64,000 nt of DNA, from assembly GCA_043811535.1 (NCBI GenBank), contig JBDRNC010000021.1, forward strand, positions 1 through 64,000. Reading direction: 5' to 3'. The DNA comes from Elusimicrobiota bacterium (GTDB lineage: Bacteria; Elusimicrobiota; Endomicrobiia; Endomicrobiales; JBDRNC01). How positions within the stretch are numbered: the first letter of the stretch is position 1; each line of letters begins with the position of its first letter. A program made the position numbers and the translations under genes. The notes beneath the pieces were generated by a model. That model saw only the letters and a program-made list of their open reading frames with translations, ran no database searches and was not told where the DNA came from. This document shows positions 10,440-19,385 of this stretch, in pieces.

Positions 10440-11768
10440 ATGATAAAATCATTCGCCGACATATTTAAAATACCGGAACTGAAAAAGCGCGTCCTGTTCA
10501 CGCTTGGCATAATAGCGGCGTACAGGCTTGGCGCCGCGATACCGGTCCCCGGAGTGGACGCGGGTGCACTTAAGACGCTCTTTGAAATGCACCGCAATTC
10601 CTTGCTCGGTTTTCTGGATATGTTTTCCGGAGGAGCGCTGAACAAGCTTTCGATATTTTCGCTCGGGATTATGCCTTACATCAACGCTTCAATCATAATG
10701 AGCCTGCTGCAAGGCGCGCACGTTATGCCGTATCTTGACAGGCTTGCTAAGGAAGGCGAACTCGGACGCAAGAAAATAACACAGATCACCCGCTACGGGA
10801 CCCTCATACTGGGCACGATACAGGCGATAGGCCTTGCCATAGGAATAACCAGGATGTCTCCTCCGGGCGGGATTCCGATCGTTACAAACCCGTCGACTTC
10901 GTGGCTTTTATTGACTATATTGACGCTGATAACGGGCACTGTTTTCATAATGTGGATGGGCGAACAGATAACGGAACGGGGCATAGGAAACGGAATTTCG
11001 CTGATGATATTCGCGGGTATCGTTGACAGGCTTCCTTCCGCTATCTTCAACATGGTCAGGCTCATCAGGCTTGATGAAATGTCCATACTTTCCGCTATGG
11101 CGCTTGTTGCGCTCGTTTTTGGCATAACCGCCGCTGTCGTGTGGGTGGAAACGGCGCAGCGGAAGATCCCGGTTCAATACGCGAAACGAATTGTGGGGAG
11201 GAAAATGTACGGCGGGGCCAGTACGTTCCTGCCGCTGAAAGTGGACCAGTCGGGCGTTATCGCGGTGATTTTTGCGATATCGCTGCTTTCCGTTCCGCTG
11301 ACAATCGGACAGTTTTTCCCGAACACTCCATTGGGGAAAATAATAATAGATATCTGGAGCAGAGGCTCGGTTCTCTACGATCTGCTTCTCGCAGGACTTG
11401 TAATCTTTTTCTGCTATTTCTACAATTCCGTGCAGTTCAATCCGCGCGATATAGCCGAGAACATGAAAAAATGGGGCGGATTTGTTCCTGGCATCAGGCC
11501 GGGCGAGCCTACCGCGCAGTACATACAAAGGATTTTGGAAAGGATAACGCTCGGCGGGGCCCTGTTCGTGGCCGCGATTGCAGTTCTTCCCGACTATTTA
11601 AGGCGGATGTTCAATGCGCCGTTCTGGTTCGGCGGCACGTCGCTGCTGATTGTTGTCGGCGTGGCCCTCGATACTATAGGGCAGATTGAATCTCACCTGA
11701 TAATGCGTCATTACGAGGGATTCATCAAGGATGGGCGCATTAAAGGCAGATGGTTTAACGTTAAATAA
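10440..11768 (+). CDS. secY: Preprotein translocase subunit SecY
   Basis: LGIMPYINASII, GIGNGISL, IPVQY, PGIRPG, FGGTSLLIVVGV. Confidence 0.98.
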   Translation: MIKSFADIFKIPELKKRVLFTLGIIAAYRLGAAIPVPGVDAGALKTLFEMHRNSLLGFLDMFSGGALNKLSIFSLGIMPYINASIIMSLLQGAHVMPYLDRLAKEGELGRKKITQITRYGTLILGTIQAIGLAIGITRMSPPGGIPIVTNPSTSWLLLTILTLITGTVFIMWMGEQITERGIGNGISLMIFAGIVDRLPSAIFNMVRLIRLDEMSILSAMALVALVFGITAAVVWVETAQRKIPVQYAKRIVGRKMYGGASTFLPLKVDQSGVIAVIFAISLLSVPLTIGQFFPNTPLGKIIIDIWSRGSVLYDLLLAGLVIFFCYFYNSVQFNPRDIAENMKKWGGFVPGIRPGEPTAQYIQRILERITLGGALFVAAIAVLPDYLRRMFNAPFWFGGTSLLIVVGVALDTIGQIESHLIMRHYEGFIKDGRIKGRWFNVK

Positions 11769-12412
11769 TGAATCTAATTTTATTTGGGCCTCCGGGCGCG
11801 GGAAAAGGGACTCAGGCTGTTGAAATATCAAAGAGGTATAATATTCCGCATCTTTCCACTGGAGAGTTATTTCGTAGATCAGTGAAAGAAGGTTGGCAAA
11901 TTGGGCAGAAGATACAGTTTTTTATGTCAAAAGGGCAATTGGTGCCAAATGATACAGTTATCGAATTGGTCCAAGATGCTATTCAAAAAGACGAATATTC
12001 AAAGGGTTTTCTGCTAGATGGATTTCCAAGAACAATACAACAAGCGGAAGCCTTAGATAAGATTTTATCTGATAAACAAAAGAAAATCGACAAAGTTCTA
12101 TATATATACCTTTCGGAAGAAGAAATCGTCAGGCGGTTGACTGCGCGGAGAAACTGCGAAAAATGCGGTGCAAATTATAACCTTGTTTTTCACCCGCCGA
12201 AAAAAGAAGATGCCTGCGATCAATGCGGCGGAAAGATAGTGCAGCGCGCGGATGACAACGAAGCGACAATACGCAACAGGATTAAAGTATACAACGAACA
12301 GACGACGCCGCTGATAGATTTCTACGATAAAGCCGGTTCGCTGAGAAAAGTGGACGGCTCCAAAACAGTTGAAGAAGTTTTGCAGAACCTTTGTGCTGTA
12401 ATCGAGAAATAA
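11768..12412 (+). CDS. adk: Adenylate kinase with zinc lid
   Basis: GPPGAGKGTQA, LDGFPRT, CEKC..CDQC, QRADD. Confidence 0.97.
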   Translation: MNLILFGPPGAGKGTQAVEISKRYNIPHLSTGELFRRSVKEGWQIGQKIQFFMSKGQLVPNDTVIELVQDAIQKDEYSKGFLLDGFPRTIQQAEALDKILSDKQKKIDKVLYIYLSEEEIVRRLTARRNCEKCGANYNLVFHPPKKEDACDQCGGKIVQRADDNEATIRNRIKVYNEQTTPLIDFYDKAGSLRKVDGSKTVEEVLQNLCAVIEK

Positions 12413-12416
12413 TCCG

Positions 12417-13166
12417 GTGATAATCATTAAAACAGCCGCGGAAATAGAGAAGATGAGGGCCGCGGGACGAATTACAAGAAAAGTCCTTGCGAAGATCGAA
12501 AAGAATCTCGCTCCCGGCGTATCTACAAAGTTCATTGACGATATTGCTTTCAAGGAAATGAGTTCTTTGGGCGTAAAACCGGCGTTTTTGGGATACAGAG
12601 GCTATCCGGCATCGGTGTGTATTTCTGTCAACAATGAACTTGTGCACGGGATACCCAGGGAATCAAGAAAGATAAATGACGGGGATATAGTCAGCATTGA
12701 CCTTGGCGTGATTTGCGACGGTTTTTACGGAGATATGGCAGCGACGTACGGCATAGGAAAGATTTCGAAAAAAGCGAAGAAGCTCATTGAAACGACAAAA
12801 GCCGCTCTGAAAAAGGCGATCGAAACGATAAAACCCGGCAGAAGGCTGGGTGACGTTTCAAACACGGTTCAGAGATTCGTCGAAAATAAAGGTTTTTCGG
12901 TGGTAAGGGAATATGTGGGTCATGGCATTGGCCGCAGCATGCATGAAGAGCCTGCAATTCCTAATTTTGGAGAACCGGGAACCGGGCCAAGGCTTGAAGC
13001 CGGAATGGTGCTTGCGATCGAGCCAATGGTAAACGAAGGCGGTTGGCAGGTAAAAGTGTTGGAAGATAATTGGACCGTAGTGACGATCGACGGCAAATTG
13101 TGCGCGCATTTTGAGCACACAGTGGCAGTCACTGATAAAGGCTGCGAGATTTTAACGACAATTTAA
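12417..13166 (+). CDS. map: Type I methionine aminopeptidase
   Basis: VHGIP, GHGIG..HEEP, AIEPM, AHFEHT. Confidence 0.97.
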   Translation: MIIIKTAAEIEKMRAAGRITRKVLAKIEKNLAPGVSTKFIDDIAFKEMSSLGVKPAFLGYRGYPASVCISVNNELVHGIPRESRKINDGDIVSIDLGVICDGFYGDMAATYGIGKISKKAKKLIETTKAALKKAIETIKPGRRLGDVSNTVQRFVENKGFSVVREYVGHGIGRSMHEEPAIPNFGEPGTGPRLEAGMVLAIEPMVNEGGWQVKVLEDNWTVVTIDGKLCAHFEHTVAVTDKGCEILTTI

Positions 13167-13215
13167 AGATTAAAAGATTGAAAAGATTAGAAAGAAAAAG
13201 ATTCAATCCTTCAAT
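13165..13215. repeat. Octamer element, AAAGATTG family
   Basis: aaagatta aaagattg aaaagatt / ttcaatcc ttcaat. Confidence 0.75.
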
Positions 13216-13227
13216 AAAGAGGCAATT

Positions 13228-13446
13228 GTGACAAAAGAAGAGAAAATATTAGTTGAAGGAAAAATTTTAGAGGCGTTGCCGAACGCCATGTTCCGTGTTG
13301 AGATAGAAGGCGGACATAAGATACTTGCGCATATCTGCGGCAAGATGAGAATGCATTATATAAAAATTCTTCCGGGAGATAAGGTTAGGGTGGAATTGTC
13401 GCCGTATGACCTTACCAGGGGCAGAATAACGTACCGAGAGAAATAA
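13228..13446 (+). CDS. infA: Translation initiation factor IF-1
   Basis: [32 protein letters not shown]. Confidence 0.98.
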   Translation: MTKEEKILVEGKILEALPNAMFRVEIEGGHKILAHICGKMRMHYIKILPGDKVRVELSPYDLTRGRITYREK

Positions 13447-13454
13447 AACAATTC

Positions 13455-13497
13455 AAAGATTAAAAGATTTAAAGATTGCAACATTCAAACTTTTAAC
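13455..13497. repeat. Octamer element, AAAGATTG family
   Basis: aaagatta aaagattt aaagattg between infA and rpmJ. Confidence 0.72.
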
Positions 13498-13507
13498 GGA
13501 GTAAGAC

Positions 13508-13621
13508 ATGAAAGTAAGAGCATCGGTTAAACAAATTTGCAAGAAATGTAAGGTTATAAAGAGAAAAGGCGTTGTAAGGGTCATCTGCACGGACCCAAGA
13601 CATAAACAAAGACAAGGATAA
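13508..13621 (+). CDS. rpmJ: 50S ribosomal protein L36 (37 aa, below ORF-track cutoff)
   Basis: Manual translation [41 protein letters not shown] upstream. Confidence 0.97.
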   Translation: MKVRASVKQICKKCKVIKRKGVVRVICTDPRHKQRQG

Positions 13622-13626
13622 CAATA

Positions 13627-13700
13627 AATTTCAAATTACAAATTACATATTACAAATTAAGGCAGTTAATCTTAAATCTGTAATCTGAAATCTGTAATTG
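13627..13700. repeat. Heptamer palindromic element, TTACAAA family
   Basis: atttcaa attacaa attacat attacaa / aatctgt aatctga aatctgt. Confidence 0.9.
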
Positions 13701-13717
13701 AATCCGGAGGATTCAGC

Positions 13718-14119
13718 ATGGCACGCGTATCAGGAATAGATTTACCCAAGAATAAAAGATTAGACGTGGCGCTTCGCTATATTTACGGGATTGGACAGGC
13801 GATTTCTGACAGCATAGTTGCGGAACTTCAACTTGACCCGGCGAAAAGGGTAAAAGACCTGTCGGAAGAAGAGGTCAATAAGATAAACTCGTTAATCCAA
13901 AAGAATTTCAAAGTTGAGGGCGATCTCAGACGTGAAGTGCAAGCGAATATAAAGAGACTTATAGAGATTGGTTCTTACCGCGGCTACAGGCACCGCAGAA
14001 ACCTGCCGGTGCGCGGACAAAGAACCAAGACCAATGCGAGAACGAGACGCGGTAAACGCAAAACTGTAGGCGCGTCAAAAGTGGCGAGAGAAGCTGCGGC
14101 CGCGAAACCAACAGAATAA
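13718..14119 (+). CDS. rpsM: 30S ribosomal protein S13
   Basis: [20 protein letters not shown]. Confidence 0.98.
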   Translation: MARVSGIDLPKNKRLDVALRYIYGIGQAISDSIVAELQLDPAKRVKDLSEEEVNKINSLIQKNFKVEGDLRREVQANIKRLIEIGSYRGYRHRRNLPVRGQRTKTNARTRRGKRKTVGASKVAREAAAAKPTE

Positions 14120-14125
14120 TAACAA

Positions 14126-14208
14126 CAGGGTCCAGTAGCCAGGAGCCGGGGTCCAGTAAAGACAACGACAAGTCTTATTAAATCCTTGATCCTGGACCCA
14201 TGACCCTA
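14126..14208. repeat. Heptamer palindromic element, GGGTCCA/TGGACCC family
   Basis: cagggtccagtagccaggagccggggtccag / ttgatcctggacccatgaccct. Confidence 0.85.
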
Positions 14209-14228
14209 TATTTTGGAGGAATTAATTA

Positions 14229-14675
14229 ATGACTGAAACACAGAAAGCGAATGAAACACCGAAAACTGGCGAAGCGCCGGCGAAAAAACCAGCGCCTGCA
14301 GCTCACTCAAAAAAGAAAATACGGTTTATGGGCGGAATTGCAAAAGCGTATGTGCGTTCTTCGTTCAACAACACTATAATCTGCATTACCGATGAGAAGG
14401 GAAACACGCTTGCATGGGCGTCAGCGGGAGGATGCGGTTTCAAAGGCACAAAGAAAGGCACTCCATTCGCGGCTCAGATGGCGGCAAACAATGTGGCAAG
14501 GAAGGTCATTGATTACGGCGTCAAGCAAGTGGTTGTGCTGGTAAACGGTCCCGGTCCCGGACGCGAAACCGCGATTAGAGGATTACAGGCAGCGGGACTC
14601 ATTATTACGTCAATAAGGGACATAACACCGGTTCCGCATGACGGATGCAGGCCGCCGAAACCGAGAAGAGTGTAA
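14229..14675 (+). CDS. rpsK: 30S ribosomal protein S11
   Basis: [34 protein letters not shown]. Confidence 0.98.
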   Translation: MTETQKANETPKTGEAPAKKPAPAAHSKKKIRFMGGIAKAYVRSSFNNTIICITDEKGNTLAWASAGGCGFKGTKKGTPFAAQMAANNVARKVIDYGVKQVVVLVNGPGPGRETAIRGLQAAGLIITSIRDITPVPHDGCRPPKPRRV

Positions 14676-14678
14676 TAA

Positions 14679-14760
14679 CAGTAATCAATGAACAGTGATC
14701 AATTATCAATGAAAAGATTCGGTTTAATTGGTTACTGATAATTGTTAATTGATAATTGAT
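14679..14760. repeat. Heptamer palindromic element, CAGTAAT/ATTGATA family
   Basis: cagtaat caatgaa cagtgat caattat caat / actgata attgtta attgata attgat. Confidence 0.85.
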
Positions 14761-14778
14761 ATGTGGAGGTTATAATTA

Positions 14779-15402
14779 ATGTCACGTTATTTGGGTTCAG
14801 TATGTAAATTGTGCCGCAGGGAAAAAGAAAAACTTTTTCTGAAAGGCGATAAGTGCGCCACGAAGTGCACTCTTGAAACAAAAAGGGGAAAAAACCTTCC
14901 CGGCGGAGCCACGACGATGCGTGGAAAGACGACGGAATACGCCAAGCATCTGCGTGAAAAACAGAAAGCGAGAAGGGTCTACGGCCTTAACGAGGAACAA
15001 TTCCGCCACTATTTCGCGCGGGCCGAAAGAATGAAGGGCCTAACCGGGGATAACCTGTTAAAACTTCTCGAACTACGCCTTGATAATATTGTATATCGTC
15101 TCGGGATCGTGTCTTCCAGGCGCATGGCAAGACAGATGGTAACCCACGGAAATGTATTGGTAAACGATAAAAAAATTGATTTTCCGTCATATCAGATGAA
15201 ACCAGGAGACAAGGTTTCAGTAGTTTCATTCATGAAGGAAAATATTTTCGTGAAAAAGTCGTTGGAAAATCCGGTTAGATGCCCGTCATGGCTTGAGTTG
15301 AATAAGGAAGATGCCAGTGGGACGGTGAAAACAGTTCCTATGCCGGACGAATATTCGCATCCGATCGACAGCCAGCTGATTGTTGAATTATATTCTAAAT
15401 AA
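14779..15402 (+). CDS. rpsD: 30S ribosomal protein S4 (zinc-type N-terminus)
   Basis: CKLCRRE, LREKQK, LELRLDN, LIVELYSK. Confidence 0.98.
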   Translation: MSRYLGSVCKLCRREKEKLFLKGDKCATKCTLETKRGKNLPGGATTMRGKTTEYAKHLREKQKARRVYGLNEEQFRHYFARAERMKGLTGDNLLKLLELRLDNIVYRLGIVSSRRMARQMVTHGNVLVNDKKIDFPSYQMKPGDKVSVVSFMKENIFVKKSLENPVRCPSWLELNKEDASGTVKTVPMPDEYSHPIDSQLIVELYSK

Positions 15403-15405
15403 AGA

Positions 15406-15464
15406 CAGTAATCGGTAATCTGTAATCAGGGCAAAGGATAAAACGCGCCTGACTCCGATTACTG
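15406..15464. repeat. Heptamer palindromic element, CAGTAAT family
   Basis: cagtaat cggtaat ctgtaat cagg / cctgact ccgattactg. Confidence 0.8.
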
Positions 15465-15488
15465 AAATTAAATAGTGAGGTTATATAG

Positions 15489-16451
15489 ATGAAAATGCCA
15501 GATTTAGGAAAACTTCGCAAACTTACGTTAGATGAGAAAACAGCCACGCTGACTTACGGTATGTTTACGGCAGAACCGTTTGAACGCGGTTACGGCAATA
15601 CGATAGGGAACGCCCTGCGCAGAATTTTGCTATCAAGCCTTGAAGGCGCGGCAATAACATCGGTGCGCATTAAAGGCGCGCTGCATGAATTTGCAGTTAT
15701 TAAGGGAGTAAAGGAAGACGTGGCAACGATTTCACTTAACCTTAAAAAGATACGCTTTAAAATATTCTCTAAAGGACCAGAAACACTCATTCTGCATGTT
15801 AAAAAGGAAGGAGTGGCTACCGCAAAGGCAATAGAACCTAACGCGAACGTAGAAATTCTCAATCCGGAGCAAGTGATAGCCACCTTGGATCACGGTGCTG
15901 ACCTTGAAATAGAAATGGAAGTGAACCGGGGAGTCGGATATGTCGTAGCTGAAGAGAATAAATCCGGGAAATATCCCGCGAATACGATCTTTCTTGATTC
16001 TTTGTTCACTCCTATAATCAAAGTCAACTACGAAATCGAGAATACGCGCGTTGAACAGATAACGGATTATGACAAGCTAATAATTGAGATATGGACCGAC
16101 GGGTCGGTTTCACCGGCTGACGCGCTTGCATATTCGGCAAAGATCCTGAAAAGCGCGCTTATGATATTTACTGGGCCCGAACCCGAAACAGTAAAAGTCA
16201 CCGAAGCCGAAGTTGAAGAAGAAAAGCTTAAAGAACTTCTTAAGCAGCCGTTAACTTTTATGGATCTATCGGTAAGATCGGCCAACTGCCTTTCGGCGGC
16301 GGGACTGAAAACAATCAGCGAACTTGTTGTGAAACAGGAAGAAGAACTTCTTTCGTTCAAGAATTTCGGAAAAACGTCATTGACGGAAATAAGGGAAAAA
16401 CTTGAAGAACTCGGGCTTACGCTCGGAATGAGTGGAGTAAAAAATGATTAA
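15489..16451 (+). CDS. rpoA: RNA polymerase alpha subunit
   Basis: EPFERGYGNTIGNALRRILLSS, LSVRSANCL, NFGKTSL. Confidence 0.98.
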   Translation: MKMPDLGKLRKLTLDEKTATLTYGMFTAEPFERGYGNTIGNALRRILLSSLEGAAITSVRIKGALHEFAVIKGVKEDVATISLNLKKIRFKIFSKGPETLILHVKKEGVATAKAIEPNANVEILNPEQVIATLDHGADLEIEMEVNRGVGYVVAEENKSGKYPANTIFLDSLFTPIIKVNYEIENTRVEQITDYDKLIIEIWTDGSVSPADALAYSAKILKSALMIFTGPEPETVKVTEAEVEEEKLKELLKQPLTFMDLSVRSANCLSAAGLKTISELVVKQEEELLSFKNFGKTSLTEIREKLEELGLTLGMSGVKND

Positions 16452-16797
16452 AAATCTCGGAGCACGCAAACTTTCAGTAACGAGCTCGCATCGCAGGTCG
16501 ATGCTGAGAAATATGGCCACATCGCTTTTTCAGCATGAGAAAGTGGAAACTACGCTTGCCCGCGCTAAAGAGCTTGTAAGTTTCTCGGAAAAATTGATAA
16601 CGACGGCAAAACCTTCAGATCTGAATGCGAAAAGGGCGTTTAGCAGAGATATAAAAAATGCAGATGTTCAAAAAAAGGTTTTTGACGTGCTAGTGCCAAG
16701 ATACAAGGATAGAAAAGGCGGGTATACAAGGATTTACAGGCTGGGGTCACGCGTAGGCGATAACGCGCAAATGGCGCTAGTAAAACTAATTTCTTAA
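16444..16797 (+). CDS. rplQ: 50S ribosomal protein L17
   Basis: HRRSMLRN, ETTLARAKE, GGYTRI, GDNA. Confidence 0.97.
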   Translation: MIKNLGARKLSVTSSHRRSMLRNMATSLFQHEKVETTLARAKELVSFSEKLITTAKPSDLNAKRAFSRDIKNADVQKKVFDVLVPRYKDRKGGYTRIYRLGSRVGDNAQMALVKLIS

Positions 16798-16859
16798 TTA
16801 CATATTACAGATTACATATTAAGCCGTAGATTTGTAATCTGGAATTTGTAATCTGTAAT
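16797..16859. repeat. Heptamer palindromic element, TTACAGA family
   Basis: attacat attacag attacat / ttgtaat ctggaat ttgtaat ctgtaat between rplQ and mreB. Confidence 0.9.
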
Positions 16860-16871
16860 GAGGATATAACA

Positions 16872-17900
16872 GTGTTTAATTATTTTTTTAGTCTGTTTTC
16901 AAATGATATGGGCATAGATCTGGGCACGGCCTCCGTCCTTGTGTATGTAAAGGGACAGGGTATAGTGCTGAGAGAGCCTTCAGTTGTGGCGATTGAAAGA
17001 GATACTAAAAAAGTGCTTGCGATAGGAGCCGAGGCGAAACGCATGCTTGGAAAAACGCCCGCGAGCATAATCGCGGTCAGGCCTTTAAGAAACGGCGTTA
17101 TCGCGGATTTTGAAGTCACGGAGCAGATGATCCGCTATTTCATAAAGAAAGTCCACAACAGGAGAAGTCTTCTCCATCCTAGAATAGTGATAGGCGTTCC
17201 TTCCGGGATTACGGAGGTAGAGCGCCGTGCCGTAAGGGAATCAGCGCAGCAGGCAGGCGCCAGGGAAGTGCACCTCATAGAAGAGCCCATGGCAGCCGCT
17301 ATAGGCGCCAACATACCCATCCAGGAACCTGAAGGAAACATGATTGTCGATATCGGCGGCGGTACTACCGAAGTCGCGGTGATATCGCTGGGCGGTATGG
17401 TTGTTTCAAAGTCCATAGACGTCGCAGGCGACGAAATGGACGAAGCCATTGTCCAGTATTTCCGCAGAAAATATAACTTGTTAATAGGAGAGAACACAGC
17501 GGAAGATGTAAAAATAAAGATAGGCTCGGTCTATCCTCTTCCCGAAGAAACAAGCCTCGAGGTTAAAGGAAGGGATCAGGTTACAGGCCTTCCTAAGACG
17601 ATAACGATTACTTCCGAGGAAATACGCTCGGCTCTTTCAGAACCGACAAAAGCGATTATTGAAGTAATAAAGAATACTTTGGAAGAAACGCCCGCGGAGT
17701 TGTCCGCGGATCTTGTTGACCGCGGTATCGTCATGGCCGGCGGAGGTTCCCTTTTGCGCGGATTCGCGGAGCTATTGTCAAAAGAAACAGAGCTTCCTGT
17801 GAATCAGGCCGAAGACCCGCTTACGTGCGTGGCGCGCGGAACGGGCAAATATCTTGAAGAACTTGACAATTTGCGCTCTGCAAGAAAGAGCATTATATAA
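16872..17900 (+). CDS. mreB: Rod shape-determining actin homolog MreB
   Basis: [29 protein letters not shown]. Confidence 0.97.
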   Translation: MFNYFFSLFSNDMGIDLGTASVLVYVKGQGIVLREPSVVAIERDTKKVLAIGAEAKRMLGKTPASIIAVRPLRNGVIADFEVTEQMIRYFIKKVHNRRSLLHPRIVIGVPSGITEVERRAVRESAQQAGAREVHLIEEPMAAAIGANIPIQEPEGNMIVDIGGGTTEVAVISLGGMVVSKSIDVAGDEMDEAIVQYFRRKYNLLIGENTAEDVKIKIGSVYPLPEETSLEVKGRDQVTGLPKTITITSEEIRSALSEPTKAIIEVIKNTLEETPAELSADLVDRGIVMAGGGSLLRGFAELLSKETELPVNQAEDPLTCVARGTGKYLEELDNLRSARKSII

Positions 17901-17904
17901 AAGA

Positions 17905-17990
17905 CAGGGAATACGGTAAACGATAGACGGTAGAAGACAAAAAGCTTTTTGTTTTTCAAACCGTTTCCCTTCCTCCTTCTACCGTCACCC
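17905..17990. repeat. Heptamer palindromic element, ACGGTAG/CTACCGT type
   Basis: acggtaa acgatag acggtag / ccgtttc ccttcct ccttcta ccgtc. Confidence 0.72.
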
Positions 17991-18019
17991 TTTTACGGGG
18001 GCATTGCTCCCGGAGAATC

Positions 18020-18850
18020 ATGAGTGGAAATAATTTTTCCCGCCGCAATTCTGTATTTGCTTTCCTGTTGCTAACCGCGCTGAGCGTATTCCTTTTAACC
18101 GCACGCCTTAATGAATATGTTTTGAACCTAAAGAGCTTCCTTTTTTACGTTTTCATACCGTCACCCCAAGCCGCGACAAGAACGATACAAGTTACGCAGA
18201 AACTCTTCGGAAATATCGGCGAGATCGTGCACGTGCACCAGGAAAACATAACGCTGCGTAAGGAGCTTGAAAGATTCGTGCAGCTGGAGAACGAATGGAA
18301 ACGCGCCTCGGATGAAAACCTGCGCCTGAGGGAACTGGTTAATTTTCCAAGGTTTTCAAGGTTTACGCAGGTGAAAGCGAAAGTGATAAGCCGGGAACCG
18401 GATGATTGGTTTCAGTCGGTGATAATCGACAAGGGAAAGGCAAGCGGACTGTATATTGACGCGCCCGTGCTCGCGCTTACCAAAAATAGGCCTGTTGTAC
18501 TAGGAAGAATAGGCGAGGCGTACGGAAATTCTTCGAAAGTAGTGCTGATAACGAACATTCTTTCTGCGATTCCCGCGATGATAAGTTCAACGGGAAACGA
18601 CGGGCTTCTCGAAGGTCAGGATAGTCCGCGGCTGACGCTGAATTATCTTTTGCCCGACAGGCGCTACAATATAGGAGATGAAGTCGTAACAAGCCCGCTG
18701 AGCTCGGTTTTCCCATCAGGCATCCTGATAGGCAGGATAAGCGACACAAACGATAGCGGCGAAGAATCATTTAAATCCGTGGTAATTAAACCGGCTATAA
18801 ATCTGAACAATCTGCGGGAAGTGGTAATTCTTATACCGGAGAAGAGGTAG
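18020..18850 (+). CDS. mreC: Rod shape-determining protein MreC
   Basis: N-terminal TM, coiled coil ENLRLRELV, IIDKG, VVTS..FPSGI; synteny. Confidence 0.93.
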   Translation: MSGNNFSRRNSVFAFLLLTALSVFLLTARLNEYVLNLKSFLFYVFIPSPQAATRTIQVTQKLFGNIGEIVHVHQENITLRKELERFVQLENEWKRASDENLRLRELVNFPRFSRFTQVKAKVISREPDDWFQSVIIDKGKASGLYIDAPVLALTKNRPVVLGRIGEAYGNSSKVVLITNILSAIPAMISSTGNDGLLEGQDSPRLTLNYLLPDRRYNIGDEVVTSPLSSVFPSGILIGRISDTNDSGEESFKSVVIKPAINLNNLREVVILIPEKR

Positions 18851-18852
18851 CT

Positions 18853-19377
18853 GTGAACCGTTTAATAGTGTATGGGGGCGTATTTTTTGCGGGACTGGTG
18901 ATTCAATTCAGTTTCACGCAGTTCTTTTCAATAGCGGGGCTTTCGCCGAATTTTCTCCTAATAATTCTGATATATATCGGCCTTATATACGGGCCGATGC
19001 CCGGGCAGGTCTTCGGATTCGCGTGGGGACTCGCGTGGGATATCATGTCTCTTGATCTGTTCGGCAGCCATGCATTCCTGCTGACTTGTGCGGGGTTCGG
19101 TTCAGGACTGCTCAGTAAGAAATGGAACGAATCGAAATTCTCGGCCCAGGCCGTTCTTGTCATGGTAGCGTCGGTGTTATTTATTTTTGGAAAGTATCTC
19201 CTGTATCAGATATTCAGCATGGGAGAACACAAATTTGCCGTCAATTATATAACAGCGCTGCAGCCGTTCTATAACATGCTGATAACGCCTGTTGTATTTG
19301 CCGGCGGCCGTTTGCTGTCCGTGTTGCTGGATAAAATACTGGACAGGGAACGCGACCTGGATTTTAAAAGGCTTTAG
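18853..19377 (+). CDS. mreD: Rod shape-determining protein MreD
   Basis: Hydrophobic, PNFLLI, GLAWD; between mreC and mrdA. Confidence 0.9.
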   Translation: MNRLIVYGGVFFAGLVIQFSFTQFFSIAGLSPNFLLIILIYIGLIYGPMPGQVFGFAWGLAWDIMSLDLFGSHAFLLTCAGFGSGLLSKKWNESKFSAQAVLVMVASVLFIFGKYLLYQIFSMGEHKFAVNYITALQPFYNMLITPVVFAGGRLLSVLLDKILDRERDLDFKRL

Positions 19378-19385
19378 GATTTTCA

